The translations under genes were made by a program, and so were the position numbers. Under the pieces are notes generated by a model. That model worked only from the letters and a program-made list of their open reading frames with translations, ran no database searches and was not told the DNA's origin. Positions 15,855-27,540 of a stretch of 64,000 nt of DNA are shown here, piece after piece (the stretch's first letter is position 1; the number at the start of each line of letters is the position of its first letter). The stretch is from Vicinamibacterales bacterium. Its GTDB lineage: Bacteria > Acidobacteriota > Vicinamibacteria > Vicinamibacterales > UBA8438. The stretch spans positions 3,968,701-4,032,700 of the forward strand of contig OZ241843.1 in NCBI GenBank assembly GCA_965202695.1. The letters run 5' to 3'.

Positions 15855-18440
15855 TCAGAACGTGGCTCCGACCGCGAACTTGAACACCGTCGATTCCTGG
15901 GGCTGGAACCGATCGTTGAGGACGCCTTCCCGTTGCGGGTTCCAGGCGTAGATCAGCCGGAACGGCACGTTCAGGACCGGCATGAAGAACCGCAGCTCGA
16001 TCCCGGTCGACGTCTTGAACAGATCGTTCGCGAACGGCCGTCCGAAGTCGGCCACCTGGCCCGTGTCGTAGAAGAACAGCAGCCGCACCGGGTTGGCGAT
16101 CGCGATGATGTACTCGGCGTTGAACAGCAGGCTCTTGTTGCCGCCGATCACCAGGCCGCTGCCCGACACGACGTTGCCGGCGGCGTCGAAGACGAGCGGG
16201 TCGTTGGGCCCGATGGTGCGGATGTCGAACCCGCGCACGCTGAACTCGCCCCCCATCGCCAGCAACTCGAAGATGGGAAGCACCTCGGTCGACCCCAGCG
16301 GCGCGATGTACTCGCCGCGCGCCCGCAGTCCGAACGTCAGCCGCGGGGCGTGGCGCAGGAACCAGACTCCCTCGACCGAGGGCTTGTAGAAGTGCGTGTT
16401 TCCGCCCAGGCCGGCCGCCAGCTCGAACGCCGCCGTGTACCGCTGACCGGTCATCGGGAAGATCGGGTGATCCACCGTGTTGTAGACGAAGGAGGGCGTG
16501 ACCGAGCTGATGGTCCTCGTCCGCGTGCCGCCCTCGCTGATCAGGAGGGCGTCGTGCAGGAAGGGGTTGAACTGCAGGAGGCGCGGATTCAGGAACGCGG
16601 GGTTGAGCTCCCGGACGTCGGTCTCCTCGTACGAGTAGCCCAGGAAGAACTGCGACCAGCGCCCCGCCCGCATCCCGAACGACGTGGTCGCGCCGATCGA
16701 GCTCTGCGTGAACTGGTTGATGAACCGGATGTCGCGGCGGAACACGTTGAACCCGGCGGTGATCGGCTTGCCGAAGAGATACGGCTCGGTGAACCCCAGC
16801 ACGTAGTTCTTGATGCGCTCGCCGTTCTGCAGCGACACCGAGAGCGACTCGCCGCGTCCCAGGAAATTGGTGGTCTGGAACCCCAGTTGCAGGAAGAAGC
16901 CGTCGAACTGCGAGGCGCCGGCGCCGAACGTCAACTGGTTGAGGTTGGTCTCCTCCACCTCCAGGGTCAGGTCCACCTCGTTGTCGACCCCGGGACGCTT
17001 CTCGATGCGGATGGCGGTCTCCTCGTCGAGGGGCTCGAAGTACCCGAGCTGGTTGAGCCGCCGGACGCTGAACCGCAGCGCCTCGGTGTTGAAGACGCCC
17101 CGTTCGAACAGGTTGATCTCCCGCCGGATCACTTCGTCGTGCGTGGTGTTGTTGCCCACGAAGGTGATGCGGTTGACGAAGTACTGCTCGCCCTCCTGCA
17201 GCCGGATCGTCACGTCGACGACCGGGTCGCCGTCGATGCGGACCGGCGCCCCGGCGTCGTCGACGCGCGGGACGAGATCGGGGAACAACGTCATCTCGTA
17301 GTACCCGATGGCGCCGTAGGCCTCGCGCGCCACGTCGAACGCATCGCGGACCACCTGCTCCGAGTAGTGGTCCCCCGGCTCCAGGTTGGAGAACATCGAC
17401 TCCAGGGCCTCGGTCCGGAGCACGTCCTGCCCCGCGAAGTCCAGGGTCCCGACGCGGTACCGGTCTCCCTCGCTCACCGGGATGCGGAGCCGTACGGGAC
17501 GGCTCTCGCCGTCCTCGGCCTCGTCCAGGTACTCGAGCTCCGGCTGGCCGACCTGCGCGTCGATGTAGCCGTTGTTCCGGTAGTGCGCCACCAGCAGGTC
17601 GGCGTCCTGTTCGAAGCCGAGGGGCCGGTACGTCCCGCGCCCGCTGACGAACGAGAACAGCCAGCGCTCCTTCGTGTTCCGCATCTGGCGCTTGAGCGAC
17701 CGCTCGCTCATGTTGTCGTTCCCGGCGAAGGTGATGTCGGAGACCTGGACCTTGGGCCCCTCGTCGATGTGGAACGCGAGCTGCACGACCTTGGGACCGC
17801 CGGCCAGCGGCGTGATCTCGTGGGTGACCTCGGCGAACTGGAACCCCTTCTCGGCCCACATCTCCCGCAGCAGGCCCTCGGTGCGCCGGATCACGCCCGG
17901 CCCGATGCGGCTGTCGAGGCGCAGCTCGATGCCGACCGACTCCATCGCCTGGTCGATCTCCGCCCGGTCGTACTCTTCGGAGCCCTCGAAGTTGACGATG
18001 CGGACCCGCTCGCGCTCCTCCATCAGGAACAGCGCGCGCCGGCCCTGGACCCCGTTGGGATACGGGTCGTCGATGATCTCGATGGTCAGATCGGTCAGGA
18101 AGCCGGTGTCCCACAGCCGCTCGAAGTCCTCGAGCAGGACCTGCTCGATGGTCTCGTCGTACGGCGTCCACCGCCCCTGCGAAGGCAGGCTGATGTAGTC
18201 GTCGATCTCCATGTAGTAGAGGTAGGTCTGCCCCTCCACGCTGGAGACGTTCCCCTGGGTGGGAAACCGCAGTTCGAGGGTGGTGAACAGCGTCGGCGAA
18301 TCGGGCGGCGGCAACGGCGCCGGCTGGAACTGCCCGCCCGCCGCCTCCGGTCCGCCCGCCGCCGCCGCGCGCGCGCCGATCGGTTGCAGCCCGACCACCG
18401 CGAGAACCATCCCGACCGCCGACGCTGCTGCACGTCTCAT
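15855..18440 (-). CDS. bamA: outer membrane protein assembly factor BamA
   Basis: 861 aa with a signal peptide, repeated POTRA-like units (for example VSDITFAGN, VNRITFVGN), and a C-terminal beta-barrel ending FKFAVGATF. Confidence 0.9.
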   Translation of the reverse strand: MRRAAASAVGMVLAVVGLQPIGARAAAAGGPEAAGGQFQPAPLPPPDSPTLFTTLELRFPTQGNVSSVEGQTYLYYMEIDDYISLPSQGRWTPYDETIEQVLLEDFERLWDTGFLTDLTIEIIDDPYPNGVQGRRALFLMEERERVRIVNFEGSEEYDRAEIDQAMESVGIELRLDSRIGPGVIRRTEGLLREMWAEKGFQFAEVTHEITPLAGGPKVVQLAFHIDEGPKVQVSDITFAGNDNMSERSLKRQMRNTKERWLFSFVSGRGTYRPLGFEQDADLLVAHYRNNGYIDAQVGQPELEYLDEAEDGESRPVRLRIPVSEGDRYRVGTLDFAGQDVLRTEALESMFSNLEPGDHYSEQVVRDAFDVAREAYGAIGYYEMTLFPDLVPRVDDAGAPVRIDGDPVVDVTIRLQEGEQYFVNRITFVGNNTTHDEVIRREINLFERGVFNTEALRFSVRRLNQLGYFEPLDEETAIRIEKRPGVDNEVDLTLEVEETNLNQLTFGAGASQFDGFFLQLGFQTTNFLGRGESLSVSLQNGERIKNYVLGFTEPYLFGKPITAGFNVFRRDIRFINQFTQSSIGATTSFGMRAGRWSQFFLGYSYEETDVRELNPAFLNPRLLQFNPFLHDALLISEGGTRTRTISSVTPSFVYNTVDHPIFPMTGQRYTAAFELAAGLGGNTHFYKPSVEGVWFLRHAPRLTFGLRARGEYIAPLGSTEVLPIFELLAMGGEFSVRGFDIRTIGPNDPLVFDAAGNVVSGSGLVIGGNKSLLFNAEYIIAIANPVRLLFFYDTGQVADFGRPFANDLFKTSTGIELRFFMPVLNVPFRLIYAWNPQREGVLNDRFQPQESTVFKFAVGATF

Positions 18441-18513
18441 GGTCTTTCCCGTCCGTCCCTCTCCGGTCCCTCCGCGCCGGCCGGGGGCGGCGGCGCCCCC
18501 CGGTCCCTCCAGT

Positions 18514-20955
18514 TCAGACGCCGGCCGTCAGCGGACGGCCGGCCCAGGTCCGCGCCGCGTCGCGGTAGCGCAGCCCGCCGTCTTCGAGGTACACCTCGAT
18601 CTCTCCTCCCCCCAGGCGGCCGCGGATCAGCTCCTCCGAGAGCGGGTCCTCCACGTACCGCTGTATCGCCCGCCGGAGCGGCCGTGCGCCGTACGATCGA
18701 TCCTTGCAGGTCATCTCGATCACCCAGTCGACCACTTCCGGCGCCAGGGCGATCTGCAGCTTGCGGTCCGCCAGATGCTCGTTGAGCCGGTCGACCAGCA
18801 GCCGCGTGATCCTCCGCAGGTCGTCGTCGGCGAGCGCGTCGAAGACGATGACCTCGTCGAGCCGGTTCAGGAACTCCGGGTTGAAGGTGCGCCGCACCTC
18901 GCCCAGCACCATGTCGCTCACGTTGCGCCGCACCTGGCCGGCGTCCGACGGCTGAAACCCCAGCGAGGCCTTCTTCTGGATGAAACGGGCCCCGATGTTG
19001 GAGGTCATGATGACGATGGCGTTCCTGAAGCTGATCCGGTTGCCCAGACCGTCGGTGAGATGCCCGTCCTCGAACACCTGCAGCAGGATGTTGAACAGGT
19101 CCGGATGGGCCTTCTCGATCTCGTCGAGCAGCACCACCGAGTAGGGATGCCGCTTGACCTTCTCGGTCAGTTGCCCGCCCTCTTCGTGCCCCACGTAGCC
19201 CGGCGGCGAGCCGATCAGCTTCGAGACCGAGTGCTTCTCCATGTACTCGGACATGTCGAACCGGACGAGGGCGGAGTCGCTCCCGAACAGGAAGTTGGCC
19301 AGCGCCCGCGCGAGCTCGGTCTTCCCCACGCCGGTCGGGCCGAGGAACACGAAGCTGCCGACGGGGCGGTTCGGCGACTTCAGGCCCGCGCGGGACCGGC
19401 GGATGGCGCGCGCCAGCGCCGAGGTGGCGTGCTCCTGGCTGACGACCCGCCGGTGGAGCTCGCGCTCCATCTGCAGGAGCCGGTCGCCTTCGTCCTTGCT
19501 CAACGACGCCAGCGGCACCCCGGTCCAGGTGGCCACGACGCCGTCGATGTCCTGCTTGCCGACCTCGATCGGGGCTCCGACGCGCTCGTCGAAGCGCTCG
19601 CGCACGTACTGGAGGTTCTCGCGGGCGACGACCTCCTGCTCCTTGAAGAACTGGGCCTTCTCGAAGTCCTTCTGCGCCGCCGCGCTCTCCATCTGCTCGA
19701 CCGCGGCCCGGATGTCGCGGTTGATGTCGCCGACTTCGACGCTGAACCGGGCCTCGCGGAGCTTGGCGCGGGACCCCGCCTCGTCCAGCAGGTCGATCGC
19801 CTTGTCGGGCAGGAACCGCTCGGTGATGTACCGGCTCGACTGGCGGACGGCGGCCTCGATGGCCTCCGCCGTGTAGGTGACGTGGTGGAACGACTCGTAC
19901 CGGTCCTTGACCCCGAGCAGCACCTCGAGCGCGTCGGTCTCGCTGGTCGGCTCCACCTTCACGGCCTGGAACCGCCGTTCGAGCGAACGGTCCTTCTCGA
20001 CGTGCCGTCGGTACTCGGCCGGGGTGGTGGCCCCCACGCACCGGATCTCGCCGCGCGACAGCGCCGGCTTGAGGATGTTCGCGGCGTCGAGCGACCCCTC
20101 CGCCGAACCCGCCCCGACCAGCGTGTGCAGTTCGTCGATGAACAGGATGACGTTCGGATTCTCGACCAGCTCCTTCATGATCGCCTTGAGCCGTTCCTCG
20201 AACTGGCCCCGGTACTTGGTGCCGGCGACGATCAGGGAGATGTCGAGGGCGAGAATCCGCTTGTCGGCCAGGAAGTGCGGCGCCTCGCCGCCGACGATGC
20301 GCTGGGCGAGACCCTCGACGATCGCCGTCTTCCCCACCCCCGGCTCACCGATGAGGACCGCGTTGTTCTTGTTGCGGCGGCACAGCACGTGCTGCACCCG
20401 TTCCAGCTCGAGGGCGCGTCCGATCAGGGGGTCGAGCCGGTTCTTGAGGGCGCTCTCGGTGAGGTCGCGGCTGAACTCCGCGAGCAGCGGGGTCTCCTTC
20501 ACCCGGGTGAGGGTGGTCTTCTCGTTCAGGAGCTGCACGACGTCCTCGCGCACGGTGTTCAGCCGCATGCCCTTCTCGACGAGAATGGACGCGGCGACGC
20601 ACCGCTCCTCCCGGAGGATGCCGAGCAGCAGGTGCTCGGTCCCCACGTAGTTGTGCAGCAGGCGGTCGGCTTCCTCCGCCGCGAACTGCAGGACGCGCTT
20701 GGTCTCGGTGCTGAAGGGGATCTCCACCGAGGTCGACACCTTCTCGCGGAAGACCGTCCGCCCCTCGACGTCCTTGCGAATGCCTTCGAGCGACAGGTGC
20801 GAGCGGGCGAAGATGCGGTTCGTCAGCCCCTTGCCTTCCCGGATCAGCCCGAGCAGCAGGTGCTCCGTCTCGATCGAGATGCTGCCGAGCTGACTGGCCT
20901 CGTAGCGCGCGAAGAACAGGACCCGACGTGCCCGCTCGGTGTAGCGTTCGAACAT
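18514..20955 (-). CDS. clpC: ClpC-type AAA+ unfoldase (Clp ATP-binding subunit)
   Basis: Double Clp_N repeat ([16 protein letters not shown]...), two Walker A motifs ([30 protein letters not shown]), a short UVR-like middle motif ([13 protein letters not shown]) and an LGF loop. Confidence 0.9.
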   Translation of the reverse strand: MFERYTERARRVLFFARYEASQLGSISIETEHLLLGLIREGKGLTNRIFARSHLSLEGIRKDVEGRTVFREKVSTSVEIPFSTETKRVLQFAAEEADRLLHNYVGTEHLLLGILREERCVAASILVEKGMRLNTVREDVVQLLNEKTTLTRVKETPLLAEFSRDLTESALKNRLDPLIGRALELERVQHVLCRRNKNNAVLIGEPGVGKTAIVEGLAQRIVGGEAPHFLADKRILALDISLIVAGTKYRGQFEERLKAIMKELVENPNVILFIDELHTLVGAGSAEGSLDAANILKPALSRGEIRCVGATTPAEYRRHVEKDRSLERRFQAVKVEPTSETDALEVLLGVKDRYESFHHVTYTAEAIEAAVRQSSRYITERFLPDKAIDLLDEAGSRAKLREARFSVEVGDINRDIRAAVEQMESAAAQKDFEKAQFFKEQEVVARENLQYVRERFDERVGAPIEVGKQDIDGVVATWTGVPLASLSKDEGDRLLQMERELHRRVVSQEHATSALARAIRRSRAGLKSPNRPVGSFVFLGPTGVGKTELARALANFLFGSDSALVRFDMSEYMEKHSVSKLIGSPPGYVGHEEGGQLTEKVKRHPYSVVLLDEIEKAHPDLFNILLQVFEDGHLTDGLGNRISFRNAIVIMTSNIGARFIQKKASLGFQPSDAGQVRRNVSDMVLGEVRRTFNPEFLNRLDEVIVFDALADDDLRRITRLLVDRLNEHLADRKLQIALAPEVVDWVIEMTCKDRSYGARPLRRAIQRYVEDPLSEELIRGRLGGGEIEVYLEDGGLRYRDAARTWAGRPLTAGV

Positions 20956-21054
20956 CGGTTGACCCCTGGTCCGCCGCCGGGAAATCGGCGCCGCCGCCCG
21001 GCGGCGGGACGCCCGCGGGACCGCGCGAAGAGGCGATTCATCATTATATAGCCG

Positions 21055-21729
21055 TCAGGCCGGCCGGAGGCGCCCGTCTTCGAGCCGCAGCACGCGGTCG
21101 CACGCCGCCGCGAGCTGCAGGTTGTGGGTCGCGATGAGGGAACTGAGCCTCCGCGTCTCGTGCAGACGCCGCAGCAGCGCGTGCAGGTCGAGGCCGGTCT
21201 GCTCGTCGAGGTCGCCGGTCGGCTCGTCCGCCAGCAGCAGGGCCGGCCGCATCACCAGGGCGCGCGCCACCGCCGCCCGCTGCTGCTCGCCGCCCGAGAG
21301 CATCCCCGGCCGGTGGGCCATCCGCTCGCCGAGCCCCACTTCCCGCAGCAGGGCCTCGGCCCGCCGGTTCGCCTCGGCGGGCGCGGTCCTCGCGATCCGC
21401 AGCGGCATCGCCACGTTTTCGACGGCGCTGAACTCCGGCAGCAGATGGTGGAACTGGAAGACGAACCCGATGCGGCGGTTCCGGAACGCGACCCGCGCAT
21501 CGTCCCCGGCGGACGACAGATCGGTCCCGTCGATGGTGACGCGGCCCTCGTCGATCGCGTCCAGGGCGCCCACGCAGTGCAGCAACGTGCTCTTGCCGAC
21601 GCCCGAGGCGCCGACGACGGCCACCATCTCGCCCTCCTCGACGGTCAGGTCGAGGCCGCGCAGGACCGCCAGCCGGCGGCCGCCGACGGCGTAGGACTTC
21701 GAGAGGCCGCGGACGGTGAGGAAGGCCAT
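21055..21729 (-). CDS. lolD: lipoprotein-releasing ABC transporter ATPase
   Basis: Walker A GASGVGKSTLL, signature LSGGEQQRAAVARAL, Walker B LLLADEPTGDLD. The ATG at 21727-21729 is preferred over the track's TTG at 21750. Confidence 0.9.
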   Translation of the reverse strand: MAFLTVRGLSKSYAVGGRRLAVLRGLDLTVEEGEMVAVVGASGVGKSTLLHCVGALDAIDEGRVTIDGTDLSSAGDDARVAFRNRRIGFVFQFHHLLPEFSAVENVAMPLRIARTAPAEANRRAEALLREVGLGERMAHRPGMLSGGEQQRAAVARALVMRPALLLADEPTGDLDEQTGLDLHALLRRLHETRRLSSLIATHNLQLAAACDRVLRLEDGRLRPA

Positions 21730-21756
21730 GGGCCGGCGGCGCCGGTGCAAGGGAAG

Positions 21757-22988
21757 CTACTGGTACCGGAGCGCCTCGGCCGGGTCGAGGCGCGACGCCT
21801 GACGGGAAGGATACAGGGTCGCGAGCAGGCAGACGGCGAGCGAGCCGGCCACGACCACCAGCAGGTTGGCCGGGTCGACCCGGAACGGCACCCACGCCAC
21901 GTCGTACACGTCGGGCAACCGGATCCACCGGTACCGGTCGGCGAGCCAGGACACCCCGACCCCGCCCGCGGCGCCGGCGGCGGTCCCGACGGCCCCGATG
22001 ATCCCGCCCTGGAGCACGAAGACGACGCGGATGCTGCGCGCCGAGGCCCCCATCGTCTTGAGGATGGCGATGTCCCGGCTCTTCTCCATGACCAGGAGCA
22101 CCAGCGACGCCACGATGTTGAGGGCGGCCACCATCATGATGAGCCCGATGGTGATGCCGATGGCCATCTTCTCGAGCCACAGGGCCTCGAACAGCGACCG
22201 GTTCAGCCGGCCCCAGTCCTCCGCGAAGTACTCGGCCCCCAGGGTCTCGGTGACCGCGCGCGCCACCGCCGGGGCGTCCTCCAGGTTGTCGACCCGCAAC
22301 TCCATCAGGTCGAACCCGTCCCGGTTGAACAGCCGGCCGGCCACGTCGAGGGTGACGAAGCCGTACGAGTCGTCGTACTCCCGCAGCCCGAGGTTGAAGA
22401 CGCCGACCACTTCCAGACGCCGCGACCGCGGTATCAGCCCCATCGGCGACAACGTCGCCCCCTGGGGCGTCAGCACCGAGATGGTGTCGCCGACCGACGC
22501 CCGCAGCGACCGCGACAGGTCCTCGCCGATGACCACCCCGCCGAGGACGCCGTCGTGCGCCTCGGACAGCGCCGTGAAGCTGCCGCGGACGATGGAGTCG
22601 GCGACCTCCGTGACACGGACTTCGAACGCCGGGTCCACGCCCTTGAGCGTGATGAACGCGTTGACGCCGGAGGCCGACGCCACCGCGCGCCCGAGGGTCG
22701 CCGGCGCCGCCGCGGCGACGCCGGGCACCCCGGCGAGCTTCGCGGCCTCGGCCTCGGGGTCGACGAAACCGCCGCCGAGGAGCTTGTGCACGTAGACGTG
22801 GGCGGCCGCCCCGACGATCTTGTCCCGCAGCTCCTGCTGCATGCCGGTCATCAGGGCGAGGGCGATGACCAGGGCCATGACCCCCACCGTCACCCCCGCC
22901 GCCGAGACGGCGGAGATCACCGAGATGAACGCCTGGCGCCGCCGCGCCAGCAGGTAGCGGGTCGCGACGTAGAGCTCGAAGGGCAGGG

Positions 22989-22992
<4 letters not shown>
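21757..22992 (-). CDS. lipoprotein-releasing system permease (LolC/E family, FtsX domain)
   Basis: MTLPFELYVATRYLLARRRQAFISV..., a periplasmic MacB-like core, and an FtsX-type C-terminus (RDIAILKTMGA). Confidence 0.85.
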
Positions 22993-24587
<1,595 letters not shown>

Positions 24588-24591
24588 GAGA

Positions 24592-25056
24592 TCAGGTCGC
24601 GGGCGGCCCGGTCTCGCGTTCCTCCCGGTCGAGCCCCCGGCGGACCGCGTCGAGCACCCCGTTGACGAAGCGCGGAGACGGCTCGTCGCCGAAGGTCCGG
24701 GCCAGCTCGATCGCCTCGTCGATCACCACGGCGGCCGGAGTCTCGGCCGCCAGCAGCTCGTACACCCCCAACCGGAGCACGAGCCGGTCGACGACCGCCA
24801 TGCGCGAGAGACGCCAGTTGTCGGCGGCCGACTCGATGAGCGGATCGATGCGGTCGAGCGCCTCCAGCGTGCCCCGCAGCAGGCGGTCCGCGAACCGGCG
24901 GGGATCTTCCGGGGCCGGGTGTTCCCGCCAGTAGCACCCGACCGCGCGATCGAAGCGCGGTCCGTCTTCCCCGCCGACCTCGCGCTGATACAGCAACTGG
25001 AGGGCCGCGGTCCGTCCGCGGCGGCGGGCCGCCGGATCGGAGACCGGCGCGCTCAT
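24592..25056 (-). CDS. nusB: transcription antitermination factor NusB
   Basis: Motifs RGRTAALQLLYQ, WRLSRMAVVDRLVLRLGVYELL and FVNGVLD. The ATG at 25054-25056 overlaps the ribH stop (ATGA). Confidence 0.9.
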   Translation of the reverse strand: MSAPVSDPAARRRGRTAALQLLYQREVGGEDGPRFDRAVGCYWREHPAPEDPRRFADRLLRGTLEALDRIDPLIESAADNWRLSRMAVVDRLVLRLGVYELLAAETPAAVVIDEAIELARTFGDEPSPRFVNGVLDAVRRGLDREERETGPPAT

Positions 25057-25535
25057 GCCGGGCGCTCCCCCGCGCCGGGCGGCCGCAGCCGGCGGAACAG
25101 GCGCACCATCTCCAGCGCCGCGTCCGCCGCCTCCCACCCCTTGTTCTTCGACCGGCCCTTCCCGGCGCGGGCCAGCGCCTCTTCCGCGGAGTTGGTGGTC
25201 AGCACCCCGAACGTCATCGGGACGGCGCTGTCGAGCGCGGCCCGGGTCAGTCCGTGGGCGACGGCCGCGGCGATGACCTCGAAATGGGGCGTCTCGCCCC
25301 GGATCAGGCACCCGAGACCGACCACCGCATCCACGCCCGCCGCCGACGCGAGGCGGCGCGCCGCCTGCGGCACCTCGAACGCCCCCGGCACCGGCGCCAG
25401 CACGATCGCCTCGCCGCCCACGCCGGCGGCGCGGAGCGCGTCCAGGGCGCCGTCGCGCAGCCGGTTGGTGACGAAGTCGTTGTAGCGCGCGACGACGAGG
25501 CCGACGCGGACGCCGGCGCTCCCGCCGCCCTCCAT
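25053..25535 (-). CDS. ribH: 6,7-dimethyl-8-ribityllumazine synthase
   Basis: Motifs VGLVVARYNDFVTNRL, VPGAFEVP, GCLIRGETPHFE and NKGWEAA. Confidence 0.9.
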   Translation of the reverse strand: MEGGGSAGVRVGLVVARYNDFVTNRLRDGALDALRAAGVGGEAIVLAPVPGAFEVPQAARRLASAAGVDAVVGLGCLIRGETPHFEVIAAAVAHGLTRAALDSAVPMTFGVLTTNSAEEALARAGKGRSKNKGWEAADAALEMVRLFRRLRPPGAGERPA

Positions 25536-25549
25536 CCGGGTCTCCGCGC

Positions 25550-26332
25550 TCACCGGCCCGTGAACCTCGCCTTGCGCTTCTCGAGGAACGCGGCCGTGCC
25601 CTCCCGCGCGTCGTCGGTCGCCCAGACGAGCCCGAAGGCGGCCGCTTCGAGCGCAACGGCGTCGGCCATCGACACGTCGAGGCCGTGGCGGACCACATCG
25701 AGTATGCGGCGCACGGCCTCGGGCGCCTGCGCGGCGAGGGCGGCCGCCAGCGCCGCCGCCTCCGCCGGCAGCGCCGCCGCCTCGACCACGCGGTTCACGA
25801 GTCCGATCCGCCACGCCTCTTCTGCCGTGACCGGCGCGCCGGTCAGCAGCATCTCGAGCGCCCGGCCCCGCCCCACCAGGCGCGGAAGCCGCTGCGTGCC
25901 GCCGTAGCCGGGGATGATGCCCAGGGTGATCTCGGGGAGGCCCAGCTTCGCGGTCCGCGCCGCGACCCGGCACGTGCAGGCCATGGCGACCTCGCATCCG
26001 CCGCCGAGCGCGTACCCGTTGACGGCCGCGACCACCGGCTTATCGAGGTCCTCGAGGAGGTCGCACATGCGGTGCCCGGCGTCGGCGAGACCGCGCGCGG
26101 TCCGCGGCGTCAACCGCGACAGCTCGCCGACGTCGGCGCCGGCGATGAACGCCCGGTCCCCGGCCCCGGTCAGTACGACGGACCGGACCTCGTCGTCCTT
26201 CTTCAGATCCAGCAGGACCGCGGTGAGGGCCTCGACCGTCGCCGAGTCCAGCGCATTCAGCACGCCGGGACGGTTGACGGTGACCGTGGCCACCGCGCCG
26301 CTCCGACCGATCAGGATGGGTTCCGTGTCCAT
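25550..26332 (-). CDS. enoyl-CoA hydratase/isomerase (crotonase family)
   Basis: Motifs VTVNRPGVLNAL, FIAGADVGEL, GYALGGGCEVAMAC and EGTAAFLEKR. Confidence 0.85.
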   Translation of the reverse strand: MDTEPILIGRSGAVATVTVNRPGVLNALDSATVEALTAVLLDLKKDDEVRSVVLTGAGDRAFIAGADVGELSRLTPRTARGLADAGHRMCDLLEDLDKPVVAAVNGYALGGGCEVAMACTCRVAARTAKLGLPEITLGIIPGYGGTQRLPRLVGRGRALEMLLTGAPVTAEEAWRIGLVNRVVEAAALPAEAAALAAALAAQAPEAVRRILDVVRHGLDVSMADAVALEAAAFGLVWATDDAREGTAAFLEKRKARFTGR

Positions 26333-26444
26333 GAAGTCCTTTCCGGTTCCGTGCGCCCGCGTGCGGCCCGCGTGCGCGGCCGGGACGGCCGGCCGTCCCC
26401 GGGTCCGCCCGCCGCCGGCGCCGGACCGTGAACCGCCGGCGGGG

Positions 26445-26621
26445 TCACAGGGGAAAGGGGAACAGAAGCCAGCCCAGCACCAGGGCGGCGCCGACGAAGC
26501 CGGCGAACAGCCGGCCGGCCAACCGCGCCTGCTCGGCCGGCCGGTCCTTCATCAGCACGGCGAAGACGAGCGACACGAACCCCGCGAACAGCATCATCAC
26601 CAGCAGGTGGCTCGACGTCAT
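26445..26621 (-). CDS. 58-aa two-helix membrane protein, hypothetical
   Basis: MTSSHLLVMMLFAGFVSLVFAVLMKDRPAEQARLAGRLFAGFVGAALVLGWLLFPFPL. The ATG is 5 nt after the upstream stop. Confidence 0.4.
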   Translation of the reverse strand: MTSSHLLVMMLFAGFVSLVFAVLMKDRPAEQARLAGRLFAGFVGAALVLGWLLFPFPL

Positions 26622-26626
26622 GGCGT

Positions 26627-27064
26627 CTACCGCCGGCCGAGGGCCACGTCGTAGGCGTCGAGGGCGACGAGCACGTTCAGCAGCCCGGACACGATGACGA
26701 ACGTGTTTCCGGACTCGAACGTCGCGGCGACGGCGCGGCCCTCGCCGAGCCCGACCGCGCAGGCCGCGAGATACGGCAGGCCGTTGCCGAGATCCGCGAA
26801 CGCGGCCAGCAGCACCAGAGGCTGACCGGAGTCGAAGGGGAACAGCCGCCCGCCGAACGCCAGACCGATGGCGAACATCGTCGGAATGGCCAGCAGGAAC
26901 ACCAGCCCCTTCTGGCGGCGCGCCAGCCACAGATGCCCGCCCCCCGGTACGGCCCAGCCGATCGCCGCCGCCGCCAGCGCCCGATTCCGGCCGCGGTCCG
27001 CGTCCGGCGGGGCGGCCGCCGCGGTTACGCGAGATCGCCGCGAATCACGAGTTTTGCGACCCAT
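26627..27064 (-). CDS. hypothetical integral membrane protein
   Basis: The internal ATG at 27062-27064 (MGRKTRDSRR...) gives a protein with three hydrophobic segments (GLVFLLAIPTMFAIGLAFG, PLVLLAAFADLG, FVIVSGLLNVLVAL). The upstream part of the track ORF is junk. Confidence 0.5.
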   Translation of the reverse strand: MGRKTRDSRRSRVTAAAAPPDADRGRNRALAAAAIGWAVPGGGHLWLARRQKGLVFLLAIPTMFAIGLAFGGRLFPFDSGQPLVLLAAFADLGNGLPYLAACAVGLGEGRAVAATFESGNTFVIVSGLLNVLVALDAYDVALGRR

Positions 27065-27540
27065 GTCACCGCCACTCCCAGGGGCGCCGCCGCGGCCGCC
27101 CGCAGTTCTCCCGTCGCCGGCATCCAGCCGGCCGCCTCGGCCGCGAACGTGACCGCGGTCGGCGCCGCCGCCGCCGCGACGACCCACCGCGGCCACGCGG
27201 GGGCCCCGCCGCTCCCGGCCGGACGCGGGGTCGGCCCCGGACCCGCGCCGCGGCGCCGGCGCGCCCCGGCGGCCAGCACGCCCGCCCCCGCGCCCAGATA
27301 CAGGCCCGCGCACCGGGCGCACACGGGCATCTGCACGCCGCCCGGGTGGAACGAGCGATCGGGGCGCTGGTGGCAGACCACGCCCCCGATCAGATACGCG
27401 CCCGCCGCCGCCGCGGTCGCCGCGCGTCCTCCCGCCTCGTGGAACCGCGCCGACGGCGCCAGCAGGAGCAGGAGCAGCCACGCCAGCGTGACTCCCGTGA
27501 ACAAGCCGCCGAGCCACCGCCGGCGCGCCGGCCGCGTCAC
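27025..27540 (-). CDS. DUF2085-like membrane protein
   Basis: The GTG at 27538-27540 overlaps the kinase stop (GTGA). Motifs VCHQRPDRSF and PVCARCAGLYLG are typical of DUF2085. Confidence 0.55.
   Translation of the reverse strand: MTRPARRRWLGGLFTGVTLAWLLLLLLAPSARFHEAGGRAATAAAAGAYLIGGVVCHQRPDRSFHPGGVQMPVCARCAGLYLGAGAGVLAAGARRRRGAGPGPTPRPAGSGGAPAWPRWVVAAAAAPTAVTFAAEAAGWMPATGELRAAAAAPLGVAVTWVAKLVIRGDLA

Noticed and set aside
25536-25549. FMN riboswitch upstream of ribH.
   Set aside because: Only 14 nt separate ribH from the preceding crotonase gene, so there is no room for an aptamer. ribH appears to be co-transcribed with its neighbours.
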